The notes beneath the pieces are model-generated. The model saw nothing but the letters and a program-made list of their open reading frames with translations. It made no database searches and was not told the origin of the DNA. From positions 29,264,001-29,328,000 of the forward strand of contig OX597828.1 of NCBI GenBank assembly GCA_951406725.2: 64,000 nucleotides of DNA, given 5' to 3'. Positions 1-13,187 of the stretch are shown here, piece after piece. Each line of letters opens with the position of its first letter. Position 1 is the stretch's first letter. Position numbers and translations under genes: made by a program. The stretch is from Octopus vulgaris. Taxonomy: Eukaryota.

Positions 1-477
1 AACTGATGAACGGAAAGTACTTTCTAAAAAGTAAGTTGTCAAGGGGAAGTTACTCTAGGTCTTTCTTGACTCTTTTTTTTATAAAGGGGAAGTAACTCGA
101 AGAGGACGCGGGTAATCCAAGTTTTTTTAAAAGATTTAATAACAGAGTGATCCATCGCCCTATTCTCAGCAAACATTTATTTATTTGCAAAAAACTATGG
201 TTGACACCTAGAAAAGTTTCCGAATTTTACTTGAGATTTGCTTTTACTTGAGAACATATAGTAATTAATGATAATGGTTATGGTGCAGCAATTGTAGATA
301 ATTGTAGGATAAATTTGCTTTTTAATAAGTAGTAGTAGTAGTAGTAGTAAGAGGACATGCACTGTAATCATGTGTTGCTACATCCACCATTTGATGGTGA
401 TTCCTTATTTCTGGTGGATGACTGGCACCACTCAGGTGGCAACCCACCAACCCAAGAGTCTGTTCGGGTAGTCATTG

Positions 478-851
478 AAGAAGCTTGAGAGGCAGTTGGA
501 TGGAACCTATACTCGCCTCCTTATGAGAGCTCAAAATCTCTCGTGGAAGCGCCATCCAACCAAAATGCAAATATATTGGAAACTACCACCTGTGTCATCT
601 CTTGTGAAAGGTAGGAGAGTCCAGTTTGCTGGACATTGTTGTAGAGCTGAAAAAGAAGTAATTTCTACTCTCCTCCTCTGGAAGCCATCTACTCGCAATA
701 CCAGAGGGCGCACACTCTCCTACCCTGATGTAATCTCCAGGGATACAGGCATCCAGCAACAGGACCTCCGTAATGCTCTGATGGACCGTGAAGTCTGGCG
801 TAACATAGTAAATTCCATTGTCTCGACCACGGTCGAACAATGTTGATGATG
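478..851 (+). mobile_element. 5'-truncated RTE-like non-LTR retrotransposon fragment (C-terminal ORF2)
   Basis: ORF 475-846 carries post-RT LINE motifs (LDGTYTRLL..NLSWKRH, RRVQFAGHC, LLLWKP, DREVWR). It ends in a (TGA)n tail and is flanked by the 8-bp direct repeat AGTCATTG (470-477, 852-859). Confidence 0.8.
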
Positions 852-1489
852 AGTCATTGTTGGTGAGGATTTTACAAGGTCAGAATTCGAATCCTATCTC
901 AACCTTGTTTAGTCCCCTTTTGTGAGACTCAGAAGAAACGTTGGGTCTGTTCTTTGACACACTGGTCTCCAATGTTAATTTATTTATTAAGTAATTGTTA
1001 TTCAAATCCGATTTTTCAACTTGTTCTTGTTGCTGCTTAATCCTGATGGAGCAATCAGGTCAAGGCGATGCTGTAGCATGGTCACAGTTCAGTGACTGAG
1101 ACAAGTAAAAGATAAAAGAAAGTCAAGGCCTCTCCAGCCATAGCCATCCAATGGGAACAACATTATTTAATGTACTCTTTATCTTTTAAGATGGTTAGTT
1201 ATGGTTTAAGGAAAACTTGGCTGCTCTTTTGACAACAGGGTACTTCTCTCGTTCACTGTGTCAGAGGTGACCATTCCACCCTTTTACTAAATGCAATGTA
1301 TTTAGGGCCCCATTATTCCTTCTTTAGATCATTAAAGTGTAATTCAGGTGCTATATTTACAAGATAGAGTGGGGCCTCTTAGGGTAACCAAGGGACATAA
1401 AAGGGGTTAGTAGTTTGTGCAGGGAATGGAATTTTGGTGATTATTATGTAAAGTTTGCATTTCTTTAAAAAATGATTTCGTCGCTGCAG

Positions 1490-1610
1490 GTCCCTGTGCT
1501 GGAAATGTCCTGTGTGTGGTTCTGTAAATAATGTGTTGAAATCCTTAACTGATGCTTCCAAGAAAACCAGTGAAGAAGCTAAAGATTTAGCTTCAAAGAT
1601 TAATTTTCAG
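1490..1610 (+). CDS. UBE2J1: Ubiquitin-conjugating enzyme E2 J1, penultimate coding exon (upstream UBC-domain exons lie outside the window)
   Basis: Acceptor tgcag|G at 1489/1490 and donor cag|gtgaga at 1610/1611. Translation SLCWKCPVCGSVNNVLKSLTDASKKTSEEAKDLASKINFQ resembles the vertebrate UBE2J1 segment CxxCG...EAKELARQISFK. The phase-0 end fits the next exon. Confidence 0.8.
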
Positions 1611-2468
1611 GTGAGAAATATATTCATGTTTCCACTTCATGTGTGTGTGTGTTATTCAGGAAAGATTAATTACATGCAATGTTATTTTCAATATTTAGAA
1701 GGAGTGTTTTTTTAGGTATGGCTGTGTGGTAAGAACCATGTGTTCCCAACCACATGGTACCAGGTTCAGATCTATTATGTGACACCTTAAGCAAGTGTCC
1801 TCTACTATAAATCTGGGCTGATCATCCTCATTTAGCATCTGTTTTTCATGCTGGCATGGGTTAGACGTGTTGGTTGGAACTGGTAAGCTGGACGGCTGTA
1901 CCAGGCTCCAGTCTGGTCTGGTTTCTTTGTCTGGATGGCCCTTCCTAATGCCAACCACTCTGAGTGTCGTGGGTATCCTTTACATGTTACTGGCTTGGGG
2001 TACTTTTTCTGTGAATAAAACAAATAAAAAACAAATGATAAAAGATATGACTCTGCAGGCCTAGTATTTGTCTCTAGATGTTTAGCAGAGAGAAAGCAGT
2101 TCTATCGTCTTTGGTCGTTACAGGCAGCAACTTTTGCTGGGAAATGAAGGAATTTGGGGAGGGATAGGGACAAAACTTGATTCTGGGGTTGGATCAAACT
2201 TCTTCTCAGTTTCTTCCATGGCACACAACATACAGAGGTGAAATATATCACTCACTTGGGTGACGCTTCACAAGGTACGGTCGACAAGATACGAACCACT
2301 GACCTTCTGTTTGCTTGTCCGCTGTTCTGACCGGTCTCTTCTACAACCCCCTGCTCTCTCCAACAAATTTATGCTAAACTAGCGAAAATATTCATGGGAG
2401 ATAACTCTTTGCTAGTAAGACGATCCTTGCACGAATGCATTTGGTAACTTGATAGATTTATTTTACAA

Positions 2469-2693
2469 GGCGAGCTGGCAGAAACGTTAGCACGCCGGGC
2501 GAAATGCGTAGCCGTATTTCGTCGGCTGTTACGTTCTGAGTTCAAATTCCGCCGAGGTCGACTTTGCCTTTCATCCTTTCGGGTTCGATTAAATAAGTAC
2601 CAGTTACGCACTGGGGTCGATATAATCGACTTAATCCGTTTGTCTGTCCTTGTTTGTCCTCTCTGTGTTTAGCCCCTTGTGGGTAGTAAAGGA
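2469..2693 (+). mobile_element. SINE family B (tRNA-like head, Meta/MESC-like core GCCTTTCATCCTTTCGGGGTCGATAAA..AGTACCAG)
   Basis: Full-length copy with 17-bp TSD ATAGATTTATTTTACAA (2452-2468, 2694-2710). More than 10 related copies occur in the window. Confidence 0.85.
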
Positions 2694-3326
2694 ATAGATT
2701 TATTTTACAAATTCAACAACAACTTACAATAGAATCGGTAGAATGCTAAGTAAACTGTATTGTAGTATTGAGTTCTCTGTAGGTTCAATCCACATCTACA
2801 TAGAATCGATTTTGTCCTTCATCTTTCCTAAAATCTATGAAAAAAGTACCAGCCTCAACTGTTCTTTCCTACAACGTCTTGTTTATGGATTTACTGTAAT
2901 AATCTGGTACTAGATGATCTCTTATCGTTAGCTTGTTTCATTCATTGGAATGTGGGCCATGCAGGGCCACTGCTATGATGAGTTTAGTCCAGTACTTACT
3001 TTTAAAGTGTAGAACTCATTCTATCAGTTTCTTTTGCCAGACCACTAAGTTATGGGGATTTAAACCAGCACCTGTTGTCAAGCAGTTGTGAGGAACACAC
3101 ACATACACGCGCCACACACACACACACACAAAAGATATGATGGACTTCTATACAGTTTCCATCTAAATTCACTTACAAAGCATTTGAAGCTATAGCAGAA
3201 GACACTTGCCCAAAGAACCACACAGTAGAACTGAATCTTTAATAAGACTCAACTGACAATGCTGGGCGTAGGAAATTGGTTTCACTTCCCCACTGCAGAA
3301 TAATTTCTTTAGACTTCGCTGTTTAA

Positions 3327-3546
3327 CCCTTTCGTTACTGTATTTATTTTGAGATGCTCTGTGTTTCTTTCAATTACTTTAAATATAACAAAGAATTTAG
3401 AAAAATAACCTAGTCATCATTCAGCTAGTGTTAGGAACATAAATTGTGACTAAGGTATGATGGAAGATTTTAATTCAAAACTTATGAAAACAAGATATTT
3501 GTACTCAGAACCAGAGCTGGTTTCAGCCATGTTGTTAACGAAAGGG
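3327..3546. mobile_element. piggyBac-like MITE
   Basis: TTAA|CCCTTTCGTTA ... TAACGAAAGGG|TTAA: terminal inverted repeats starting with CCC, with TTAA on both sides. Confidence 0.8.
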
Positions 3547-3737
3547 TTAACATAAGATGATAGAATTCTTTAGAGATGAAATAATTTAGACATAAGTTTT
3601 AACAGACAATGAAGTTGGAGAGAACATGAGTGAGAGGAAAAAGATCATATTATATATACATTTGTGTAATTTTGTTTATAAATTTACCATTAAAATCTGT
3701 AAGTTTTTGCACACATGGTTGTGTGTGCATATGCTTG

Positions 3738-3781
<44 letters not shown>

Positions 3782-3969
3782 GTATGTATATTCGAAAAAA
3801 ATTAATAGAAATGGTTTTCCTGATAATTTTTCCTCTTTAATAATTAGATGTTTATAAGATAATGAAGCGTTTACAAAAGCTTACTCTGATGTGAGTTCTT
3901 CACTTAAAAGCAGTTTTTAAACTGATATTTTAGAGTTTGTTATCCACTGTTTAAATAGGGCTGTTTAAC

Positions 3970-4000
<31 letters not shown>

Positions 4001-4024
4001 CCATACACATGCCAATTCAGGCAT

Positions 4025-4508
4025 TTAATCACCTTTGAAATAATCGTCTTCTGAAGCCACACTCTTCATCCACCAATGTCTCCATTGATGGAAGGAATCC
4101 TGGAACTCCTTTTGCAAAATACTGAACAGCTGCCTTGTCACATTCTCTTGGATTTTCTCGACGTCTTGAACTTTTGTTCCTTTCAAGTGGAATTTGATTC
4201 TTGCCTTGGTGTCAGGGTTGTAGGCATAGACCCGCAATTCTTCACCTGTTTTCACCGTTTTTGTCTTCCTCGAAACAACCCAAGAAATCCTGCACACCTG
4301 AAACCTGATCTCCTTTTTGAGATGATCACACTCTACACACTTTACTTCCAAGCACTGCTATAAACAATGGAAACATGTGAGAACGTTATAAACTTAGTGT
4401 GCATGCAAGACAGAGTTTGAGGTCAGTCTGTGCCAAGTGGCTTCATTTTGCATACTTTAGCTCCATTACCATAGCAACAGTCCTGATACTTTTTGATTAG
4501 ACTTCATA
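4025..4508 (-). mobile_element. Internally deleted mariner element remnant
   Basis: The ORF joins a degenerate TGDETWVYxYxPETK-like motif (TGEELRVYAYNPDTK) to the mariner C-terminus (FQDSFHQWRHWWMKSVASEDDYFKGD). A TIR-like sequence lies at about 4482-4508. Confidence 0.7.
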
Positions 4509-4711
4509 TGTATGCACACAACAGCAATTCCTTTGCCTCTAGAACTTGTATAGCTGTTAAGAAATAAAGAATTTATTCAATTTTCGATAATAGTTTCAAC
4601 ATTGATTTAAAATTGATATTGAAAAAAAAAAGAATATTTTTAATGACTTTAATTTTTAGATGCTTGAAAATCTGGTTTTTCTTTTGATATTTTTAAAATT
4701 TAAAAGAATAT

Positions 4712-5111
4712 TCTCTTTCTCTTTCTCTTTCACTTGTTTCAGTCATTTGACTGCGGCCATGCTGGAGCATCGCCTTTAGTCGAGCAAATCGACCCCGGGA
4801 CTTATTCTTTTGTAAGCCCAGTACTTATTCTATCGGTCTCTTTCGCCGAACCGCTAAGTGACGGGGACGTAAACACACCAGCATCGGTGGTCAAGCAATG
4901 CTAGGGGGACAAACACGCACACACACACATATATATATACATATAGACGACGGGCGTCTTTCAGTTTCCGTCTACCAAATCCACTCACAAGGCTTTGGTC
5001 GGCCCGAGGCTTATAGTAGAAGACACTTGCCCAAGGTGCCACGCAGTGGGACTGAACCCAGAACCATGTGGTTGGTAAGCAAGCTACTTGCCACACAGCC
5101 ACTCCTGTGCC
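4712..5111 (-). mobile_element. SINE family A (tRNA-derived head, internal TA/TG microsatellite, (TAAAAGAG)n-type tail), intronic
   Basis: Near-identical to the copies at 35841, 46883, 48518, 58214 and 60564. A/B-box-like head TGGCTGTGTGG...GGTTCAGTCCC. Confidence 0.85.
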
Positions 5112-5218
5112 ATGTTTAAAATATGTTTAAAATTTCTTTTTGTTTTGATTTTGAAATTTAATCCACAGACTCAATATATGTTCTTTCTGCTTTTTCTTTT
5201 TCCGTGTTCTTGGAACAG

Positions 5219-6505
5219 AGTGAGAAGGGAAGTAAATCCGGCTCTGATAAGGCTTCTACGACTGCAACCACATCATCTAATGCTGGGTTTACTGGTAGCA
5301 GTACAGTAGCAGGAGCGGAAGGAGGAGGAGGGGCAACAGCAGCAGGTGCAGCCACTGCAGCAGCAGCAGCAGCAACAACATCTACCCCGGCCTGGATGAT
5401 GCCACCCAACATGAACTACCCTTCACCCTTAAACATGGGCAGCATGCCAGGGATGTTTCCTCAGTCATCTCCTTTCTTTGCTCCGATGACCGGGCAGTTT
5501 CCTTACCATTTCAGATTTCCATATCCTCCCACCAGTATGGACCCAAATGTCAATTCCATGCCAAACTGTCGAATGATGCCCCCGTTTCCAAATCCATTTT
5601 TACCCCCAATGTTTCCCGCTAATTATGCCTTCCCCCAGCCTGGTGTCACCGACAACTCAAACGCTTCCGCTGCGAATGCTATGCCATTTTCTTTCCCTTT
5701 CATGCCCGGTTTTCCAACTATGCCCGCTGCCGTGTCTGCGACAAGTGCAAGTGTCACGACCTCTGCTCCTGTTTCAAGCCCTGCTACTGTAACATCCAGC
5801 TCTACCAGTTCAACAGCAGCTTCCCAGTCGAAACAGCTGGCTTCATCTTCTGCATCCAAACCAGCTTCTACTAATCCGTCCACCACAACCACTACTACTA
5901 CAACCACTACTGCTACTACTAATAAATCATTACTCAATGCCACTGGAGGCGTATCCCAGGACAGTACAGATTCTGCTAGCACCCAAGCTCTTTCAGTTCC
6001 AGACCCGTCGACGTCATCACAGCGAGTCTCAGATAATGCGTCAGACAACACATCGCCAAATGTAGAGACCATCACAGCTGGCAGGAATGATGTGGATGTT
6101 GTAGCCTGTCCTTCACCTTCCTCTTCTTCTCCCCATGCTTCTGCCACACAAAGCACGACTTCACCTGGAACTACACTTCGGCATCGTACGACGACTGCTG
6201 TTACGACGCCTTCGTCGTCATCAGAAACATCACTGTCATCAACGACAACAACAACAACAGCAACAACAACACCAGCAAACACGTCTAATACAAACACATC
6301 TGCCACTACAACAACATCATCAGCTCCACAGATGGAGACTGCAGACGTAGCTTCACCGCCAAACGCTACTACGCAGAGACCGTCTTCAAGGGGTACGGCC
6401 AGCTTTGTCCTGATGGTCATGCTAGGAGCAATGATCCTTTTGCTGTGTTTGCGCCGTCTTTATGTCAGTGTAGACCATTTACCATATTCAGATTATATGC
6501 AGTAG
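5219..6505 (+). CDS. UBE2J1: UBE2J1 terminal coding exon: long low-complexity linker plus C-terminal tail-anchor TM helix
   Basis: Polypyrimidine tract and cag acceptor at 5216-5218, phase 0, 428 open codons. Ends in ASFVLMVMLGAMILLLCLRRLY..., matching the UBE2J1 TM plus RRIY motif. Stop TAG at 6503-6505. Confidence 0.8.
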   Translation, partial: SEKGSKSGSDKASTTATTSSNAGFTGSSTVAGAEGGGGATAAGAATAAAAAATTSTPAWMMPPNMNYPSPLNMGSMPGMFPQSSPFFAPMTGQFPYHFRFPYPPTSMDPNVNSMPNCRMMPPFPNPFLPPMFPANYAFPQPGVTDNSNASAANAMPFSFPFMPGFPTMPAAVSATSASVTTSAPVSSPATVTSSSTSSTAASQSKQLASSSASKPASTNPSTTTTTTTTTTATTNKSLLNATGGVSQDSTDSASTQALSVPDPSTSSQRVSDNASDNTSPNVETITAGRNDVDVVACPSPSSSSPHASATQSTTSPGTTLRHRTTTAVTTPSSSSETSLSSTTTTTTATTTPANTSNTNTSATTTTSSAPQMETADVASPPNATTQRPSSRGTASFVLMVMLGAMILLLCLRRLYVSVDHLPYSDYMQ

Positions 6506-6670
6506 ACACGTGAGAATCTCCACATTTAGCAAACTATTTCGATTGCACTGAAACTTGAGTGAACCCAACTTGAGTACCCCCACTATCGTCGTCAATTGTC
6601 TTTTTAGACCAGATTCCACTCTCCGTTATTTGAAGTGGTGATGGGGGTAAATATACAGATACAGGCATGC

Positions 6671-6709
<39 letters not shown>

Positions 6710-7527
6710 AATATATATACATAATTATATATATAATTTATATATATGTATATAAGTATATATACATATATATATTATATATATATATATATACATACAT
6801 AATTATATATATACATATATACACATAATTATATGTATATATAATTATATATATATGTATGTGTGTATGTGTGTATGTATATATGTCTGTATATATGTAT
6901 GTATATATATATATATGTATATAAATGTATATATATTACATGATGATGATGATATTTATATGTATAAATATATATCTAAATATATATATGTGTATTATGT
7001 ATGTAAACATACATACATGTATGGATGCATACACACACACACACATTTCATTTATATTTTATTTTTAATTTAAAAGGAAAAAAAAAACCATGATTCCTAT
7101 ATTATCTTGACATGACATATCAATCGTGTCAGAGGAAAATCTTGCAAGGCATAAAAGATGGAAGAAGAGAAAAAATAAAATACAAAAACAAACAATCCCA
7201 AAATAAAATAAAATAATAAAAAAAAATGTATGAAATTGAATTTCTTAAAAAGTAACAAAACAAAAATGAAAAATAAAAAAAAAATAACCACACTGTCTTT
7301 CTCTCTCTAAAAGGTTTTTTTCTCTTTATTTTTATTGTTGTTTAAAAAATATAGAATTTACAGTTTTGTATCCTTCCTTTTAGGAAAAAAAACTTGACTG
7401 AAATTTAGGACAGTTTTACAAATTTTTTTTTTTTTTTGAATTAATTTTTTTTTCAAAATAAATGAAAATGGGGGAAGAGAGAAAAAGAATGGGATGAGAA
7501 TGAAGGAGAAAGTAAAATATTTGAAAA

Positions 7528-7533
7528 AATAAA
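7528..7533 (+). promoter_or_regulatory. Candidate polyadenylation signal of UBE2J1
   Basis: AATAAA followed by a T-rich tract, about 1 kb after the stop codon, just before repeat-derived sequence resumes. Other AATAAA occur near 7173-7275. Confidence 0.3.
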
Positions 7534-8671
7534 CCTGTATTTTTTTATTATTTCTTTTTGCTTACCTTCATTATAGAAAATATTTTGAATCATCATCATC
7601 ATCGTTATCAACATCATGTTCATTTGTAGCTTCTATCCATGCTGGTATGGCCTAGATGAGTTGATATAATCCTCACCATTTCATATTGGTAAGAACTGCT
7701 TTCATAGACGAATGTATGTGTCATTTGACCCTTGTTGTCCTTTCTGTTACTGACCCTGCTTTTCTAGAATGTACCAAGTGCATTTTCTCATTGCATCAAC
7801 ACTATGGAGGCTGGATGAGTGGTGATAATTCAATTCCGTTCTTATTAGGGGTCAATGTTCTCTTATACTAGTCATCATCATTTTCATTTTATGTCTGTTT
7901 TCCATACTGGCATGGGTTGGATGAGTCGATACAGTAATTTCATATTGGGAACCACTGCTCTCCTGGACTAGTGCTTGTATGTTTCCCTTGGCTGGATGTC
8001 CTTCCTGTCATTGACCATTTTATTGAGTGTCCTGGCCACATTTTATCATGGCACCGACTCTAGAGAGGTAGATAAGTCATTGACAAGGTAAGACTTGAAT
8101 TTATTTTTATTTATTATTATGATTGAGTGGGAGAGCTGCACATGCCATCAAAGTGACACTGGGGTGCAGTTATACGAAACTCAATATACCTATCATGACT
8201 ACCCGTCTCATAAGGGTACACCAGGCACATGCATCACAACCATATGTGCGCGACATGGGGATCTCATATCAAGATAAACAGAGCATGGGGCCCAGTTAGA
8301 AATTTCTTCAGGTCGAGTAGCCCATCCTGCTCAAAAGGTCCCTGAATAAAGTTTAAGGATGATGAATGAAACACTCATGTTTCCAAAGGTAAATCATTGA
8401 AAACCCTAAAGGATTCCTCTCAACACATGGCAATGATGCTCCCCTACTACTTCTACTCATGATGAGAGATGCACATATCATCAGCCACCAAGGGACATGC
8501 TCAACTGGTTAAGGTCAAACAACTGACAAGTATATGTGATATTGAGCAGAATATTTGCTGTAGCCTATCTTTTATACCAACACAAAACAATGTACATGAT
8601 AACACTACCACTCATTTAAGATCAAAATCCATGAGAGCCACTGCCTGGAACTGTATCAGGGCATTTATTAT

Positions 8672-8710
<39 letters not shown>

Positions 8711-9029
8711 TAGTAGTAGAAGTAGTGTAAAGGTGGCGAGCTGGCAGAATTGTTAGCATGCTGGGTGAAATGCTTAGTGGTATTTTGTCCGTCTTTATGT
8801 TCTGAGTTCAAATTCAGCCGAGGTCGACTTTCCCTTTCATTCTGTAGGAGTCGATTAAATAAGTACCAGTTATGCACTGGGGTTGATGTAATTGACTTAA
8901 TTCGTTCCCCCAAATTTGAGGCCTTGTGATTCCACTAGAAAGGTTTATTATTAGTATTATTATGAAATGATATGCTGTGATTGAGAACACCCGGGAAGTA
9001 AAGTGAGAACTCAGCCTACAATAGCGTCA

Positions 9030-9497
9030 CATAACATGTCCATTTAAAAATTGTCATTGAACCTTCGGGTGACATGCTATGCTTGAGGAGCCCTATTGAG
9101 TCAAGTAAAGTCGAAATCACAATCAAATGGAAATTGTAGTTGTGGCTGATGTCAGTGCCGCCTGGCTGGCTCTCGTGCTGGTAGCATGCAATAAGCACCA
9201 TTCATGCGTGGCTTGTTGCCAATGCCGCCTGATGACTCCCATGCCAGTGGAACGTAAAATGCACCATCCGGATGTGGATGTGGCTGATGCCAGTGCCACA
9301 TAACTGGCTCCCGTGCCGGTGGCACGTAAAAAGCGCCCACTACAACTCTCGGAGTGGTTGGCCTTAGGAAGGACAGCCAGCTGTAGAAACATTGCCAGAT
9401 CAGATTGGAGCCTGGTGCAGCCCACTGGCTTGCCAGATCTCAGTCAAACCGTCCAACTCATGCCAGCATCGAAAACGGACGTTAAACGATGATGATG
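9030..9497 (+). repeat. Interspersed repeat with GGTTGGC..TAGGAAGG..CCAGC..AGAAAC motif and (GAT)n tail
   Basis: Related segments at about 1825-1990(-), 7890-8050(-), 11320-11410(+) and 49475-49640(-). Confidence 0.55.
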
Positions 9498-9809
9498 GTG
9501 AGTTGGCGGAATCATTGGGATGCTGGACAAAATGCTTTGCAGTATTTTTGTGGTTTTATATTCTGAGTTCAAATTCTGACATGGTTGCCTTTACCTTTCA
9601 TCCTTTCAAACTGAAAAGAATAAGTACCAGTTGAGTGCTGTGGGTGATATAATTCAGTACCTCTCCCCTCCCAATATTTCAGGACTAGTGACTATAGGGG
9701 AAAGAAATACCTTGAGACAAGCTGAATTAACATATTTGTGTTCTTATACTTGTTTGCCTGCTTCAAACATCCTAAAAAATAGATTATTCACAGACTGAAA
9801 TACTTCATT

Positions 9810-10420
9810 TCTACTCTAGGCTCAAGGCCCGAAATTGTTTGGGGAGGGGTGCGAGTCGATTAGATCGACCCAGTACGCAACTGGTACTTAATTTATCGAC
9901 CCCGAAAGGATGAAAGGCAAAGTCGACCTCGGTGGAATTTGAACTCAGAACGTAAGGACAGATGAAATACCTATTTCTTTACTACCCACAAGGGGCTAAA
10001 CACAGAGAGGACAAACGGATTAAGTCGATTATATCGATCCCAGTGCGTAACTGGTACTTATTTAATCGACCCCGAAAGGATAAAAGGCAAAGTCGACCTC
10101 AGCGGAACTTGAACTCAGAACGTAGCGGCAGACGAAACACTGCTAAGCATATTGCCTGGCGTGCTAACGTTTCTGCCAGCTCGCCGCCTAGAACTGCAAC
10201 AAATATTCCTTTCTACTCTAGGCATAAGGCCCGAAATTTTGGGGAAGGGGCTTGTCGATTAGATCGACCCCAGTACGCAACTGGTACTTAGTTTATCGAT
10301 CCTGAAAGGATGAAAGGCAAAGTCAACCTCGGCGGAATTTGAACTCAGAACGTAAAGACAGATGAAATACCGCTAAGCATTTCGCCCAGCGTGCTAACGC
10401 TTCTGCCAGCTCGTCGCTTT
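9810..10420 (-). mobile_element. Head-to-tail multimer of SINE family B
   Basis: Three core motifs (about 9890-9950, 10060-10120, 10290-10350) in the same orientation. Confidence 0.8.
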
Positions 10421-11589
10421 ACAGACTAAAACATTACTGCAACATTTATTGAGCAAAAGAATAACAATTTTGTGGATTTATTTTTTAAAGGTTCTGCGTT
10501 TCTGAAATGCATTTGTATATTTCGTTACAAATGAATCCTGAAATTTCTCATTCAAACAAACCTGGAATAAAGACCTCAAACTATGAGGATTGACTGCTCA
10601 AATGTTTTATTCAACTGGATGCAGACATGGTTGTATGGCTGAGAAGTGTGCCTCCCAATGTCATGGTTTTGAGTTCAGTTTCACTGCGTGGCACTATGGG
10701 CAAGTGTCTCCTAATGAAGCACAAGCCAGTCAAATCCTGCTGAGTGGATTTGCTAGATGGAAACTGAAAATAGCCCATCATACAATATGTATATGGCTTA
10801 ATGGGTTGAGCATTCAGCACTCGATTGTAAGGACATAAATCCAATTTCCAGCCGCACATTGTGTTCTTGAGCAAGACACTTTATTTCATGTTGCCCCAGT
10901 CCACTCAGATGGCGAAATGGTGTTGTACCTGCATTTCAAAGGGTCCACCTTGTCACATTCTTCGCAAGAACTACACTAAGGGTACTCGTATCGCAGCCAC
11001 TTGCAAGTTAATTTCACGAGCTGGCTCTTCTATTGATTGGATCAACTGGAACCCATTGTCATAACCGACAGAATGCCAGTATATATGTGTGTATGTATGT
11101 TTATAGGGACCATGTAGATCTTTGTTAATACCTTGTTAGCATCCAGCATGTGCTGAACTGTGACTGTCCAATCTTGTTTTATGTGTGTGTGTGTGTGTGT
11201 CTCCTTCTCATGACATCCCATAATAGCTGTCATAGAAGCAGTGTCGTTCATTTCCAATATTCTGCAAGAAAATGTCTGGCCATGAGGGGAGCTATAACCT
11301 TGCCAACAAACAGGTGAGGCTTAGCAAAGGGAATGGTTTCCAGCTATAAACAATCTTCCTCAGTAAATACTCATCTGATCCATGCAAGCATGGAAAAATG
11401 GATGTTAAAATGAAGATAAGGATAGTATATATATATATATATATATATATGAACATAGCTCTATCTCTATAAACCAAACAGAGGCAATTCAGTCTGTTGA
11501 TTGATAAAGAACCAAGTGTTCTTTATCCACCTACAATTACATAAAAGATGAGGGAATGACAGTATTTTAGGCATCAATTTTATAAATCA

Positions 11590-11590
11590 A

Positions 11591-11677
<87 letters not shown>
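11590..11677. repeat. (TATC)n microsatellite
   Basis: Read directly. Similar tracts at about 24657, 38632, 48137 and 49996. Confidence 0.95.
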
Positions 11678-11678
<1 letters not shown>

Positions 11679-12062
11679 CTCCCTGTTCTCCCTTCTGTTC
11701 TTTCATTCCTTCCTTTCTCTTTTGCTCCCTCTCTCTTGCTCTCTTTGCCCCCCTCTTTCTCTCAGCTTTGTGTTCTAGAACATGGCACCACCACTAAAGA
11801 GGTAACCTTGTCTTGGGCAGGACGTAATGATTTTTCTAATGATCTACGTTATTTCCTCACGTTTGAGACAACATGACCGAGAGAATGAATACGAGTGAGT
11901 GACGAGGAGGGAATCTAGACGAGAGGGTGATAGAAGAGAGAGTGTGATAGGAGCGAAATGAGTGATAGAGGAGAAAGTGGTGTGAGAAAGAGAACGATAG
12001 GTGGCAATTAAGATGAAGGATGGCAGGAGTGTAGAGTGTTGATTCCTTGGAATAAAAACGTT

Positions 12063-13187
12063 TTTGGCAAGTTATCCGATTTCCAGTCGACTTCGATATA
12101 TATCTGCACTCTCCAAAGATCTTAACAAATATCGAAATTAAGATTATTTTCGAAAAAAATCAAATATTGTAAAAATATTTTAGTGTTTCCTTTATTGTTT
12201 TATTTTATTTTATTTTATTTTATATCATTGGTGTTCCGGCTACAGCAACAACAATATCAACAGCAATGATAGCAACAAGAGAGTATGTAGGAAAATATAC
12301 AACATCGAAAGCAGATGATAGGGACAAGGGTTTCAAAACGATGCTACATCGAGATTTGTTGGAAAAGTGCAAGGATTGTTTTCACATACAAGTGTTGAGA
12401 TATCACATAGATACACTTTCACCGTGGTTACGATGGTGGCGGCGGTGGGATGGAGATGGAGGGTGACGAATTCAGTTGTGTGGATAGACTTCTTGTGTAT
12501 TTCATAAAAAAAACCCACCAGGGCCCTCCAAAGAGCTGATATTGAAGAGATTGGGGATGTGGTAAATATCAAGCAAATGAGAAACAGATTCCCCAGTCAT
12601 TCACTGGATTGGTCTCTAGTTGCTTTCATGTAAATGTCCCAGAGGTTCGCAGTTAAGTGAACCCGAGCTTATGGAATATTTCCTGCCTGCTTCGGTTCCA
12701 ACATCGGCATGGGAATGACCCGTTGCGTAATATGAACTTACAACGTCAAGAGTTAGTGGTTTGCTAGCAAAATCATTCGGTTACTTCGCCAAAAAGTAAA
12801 CGAGAGTGAAAGTGTGATCAAGTTGTCCTCATCGTTGAATTTGTTACCCCACCCAATCATAATCTTAGTGAAATGTACCTAAATGGTACGTGTCTCAACA
12901 ATTGTCTGTAAAAGGGAACGGAAATGCTCCAACAAATGTCGTCCTACCATCATTACGAAACTCATGTCCTTGCATTCAATGTAGCATCTTATCCAATACC
13001 CAGTCTTATTGTTTCTGTCAGCGTTGCTGATATTCTTGTTGCTGCAGCAGGAAGACAAATGTAAAAGAATAAATATAAAAGTAACAATAAAATCTTTTTA
13101 CAATATTCGAATTTTTTCAAAAACAAGTTTTGCTTAAATATTTTCTCAAGATCTTGGAAGTCAATTGGAAATCGGGTAAAATGCCGG
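12063..13187. repeat. Old, diverged inverted repeat (~300-bp arms, ~550-bp spacer)
   Basis: 12063-12370 aligns by eye to the reverse complement of about 12930-13187 (ccgatttcca..gacttc, caagatctt, aatattgtaaaaa, cagcaacaa.aatatca, gatgctacat). Confidence 0.6.

Noticed and set aside
1-30. Hammerhead-like CTGATGA..GAAAGTACTTTC at the window edge
   Set aside because: Stem I lies outside the window and stem II is absent, so it cannot be supported.
5623-6420. 265-aa antisense ORF
   Set aside because: It is a shadow frame of the S/T-rich UBE2J1 exon.
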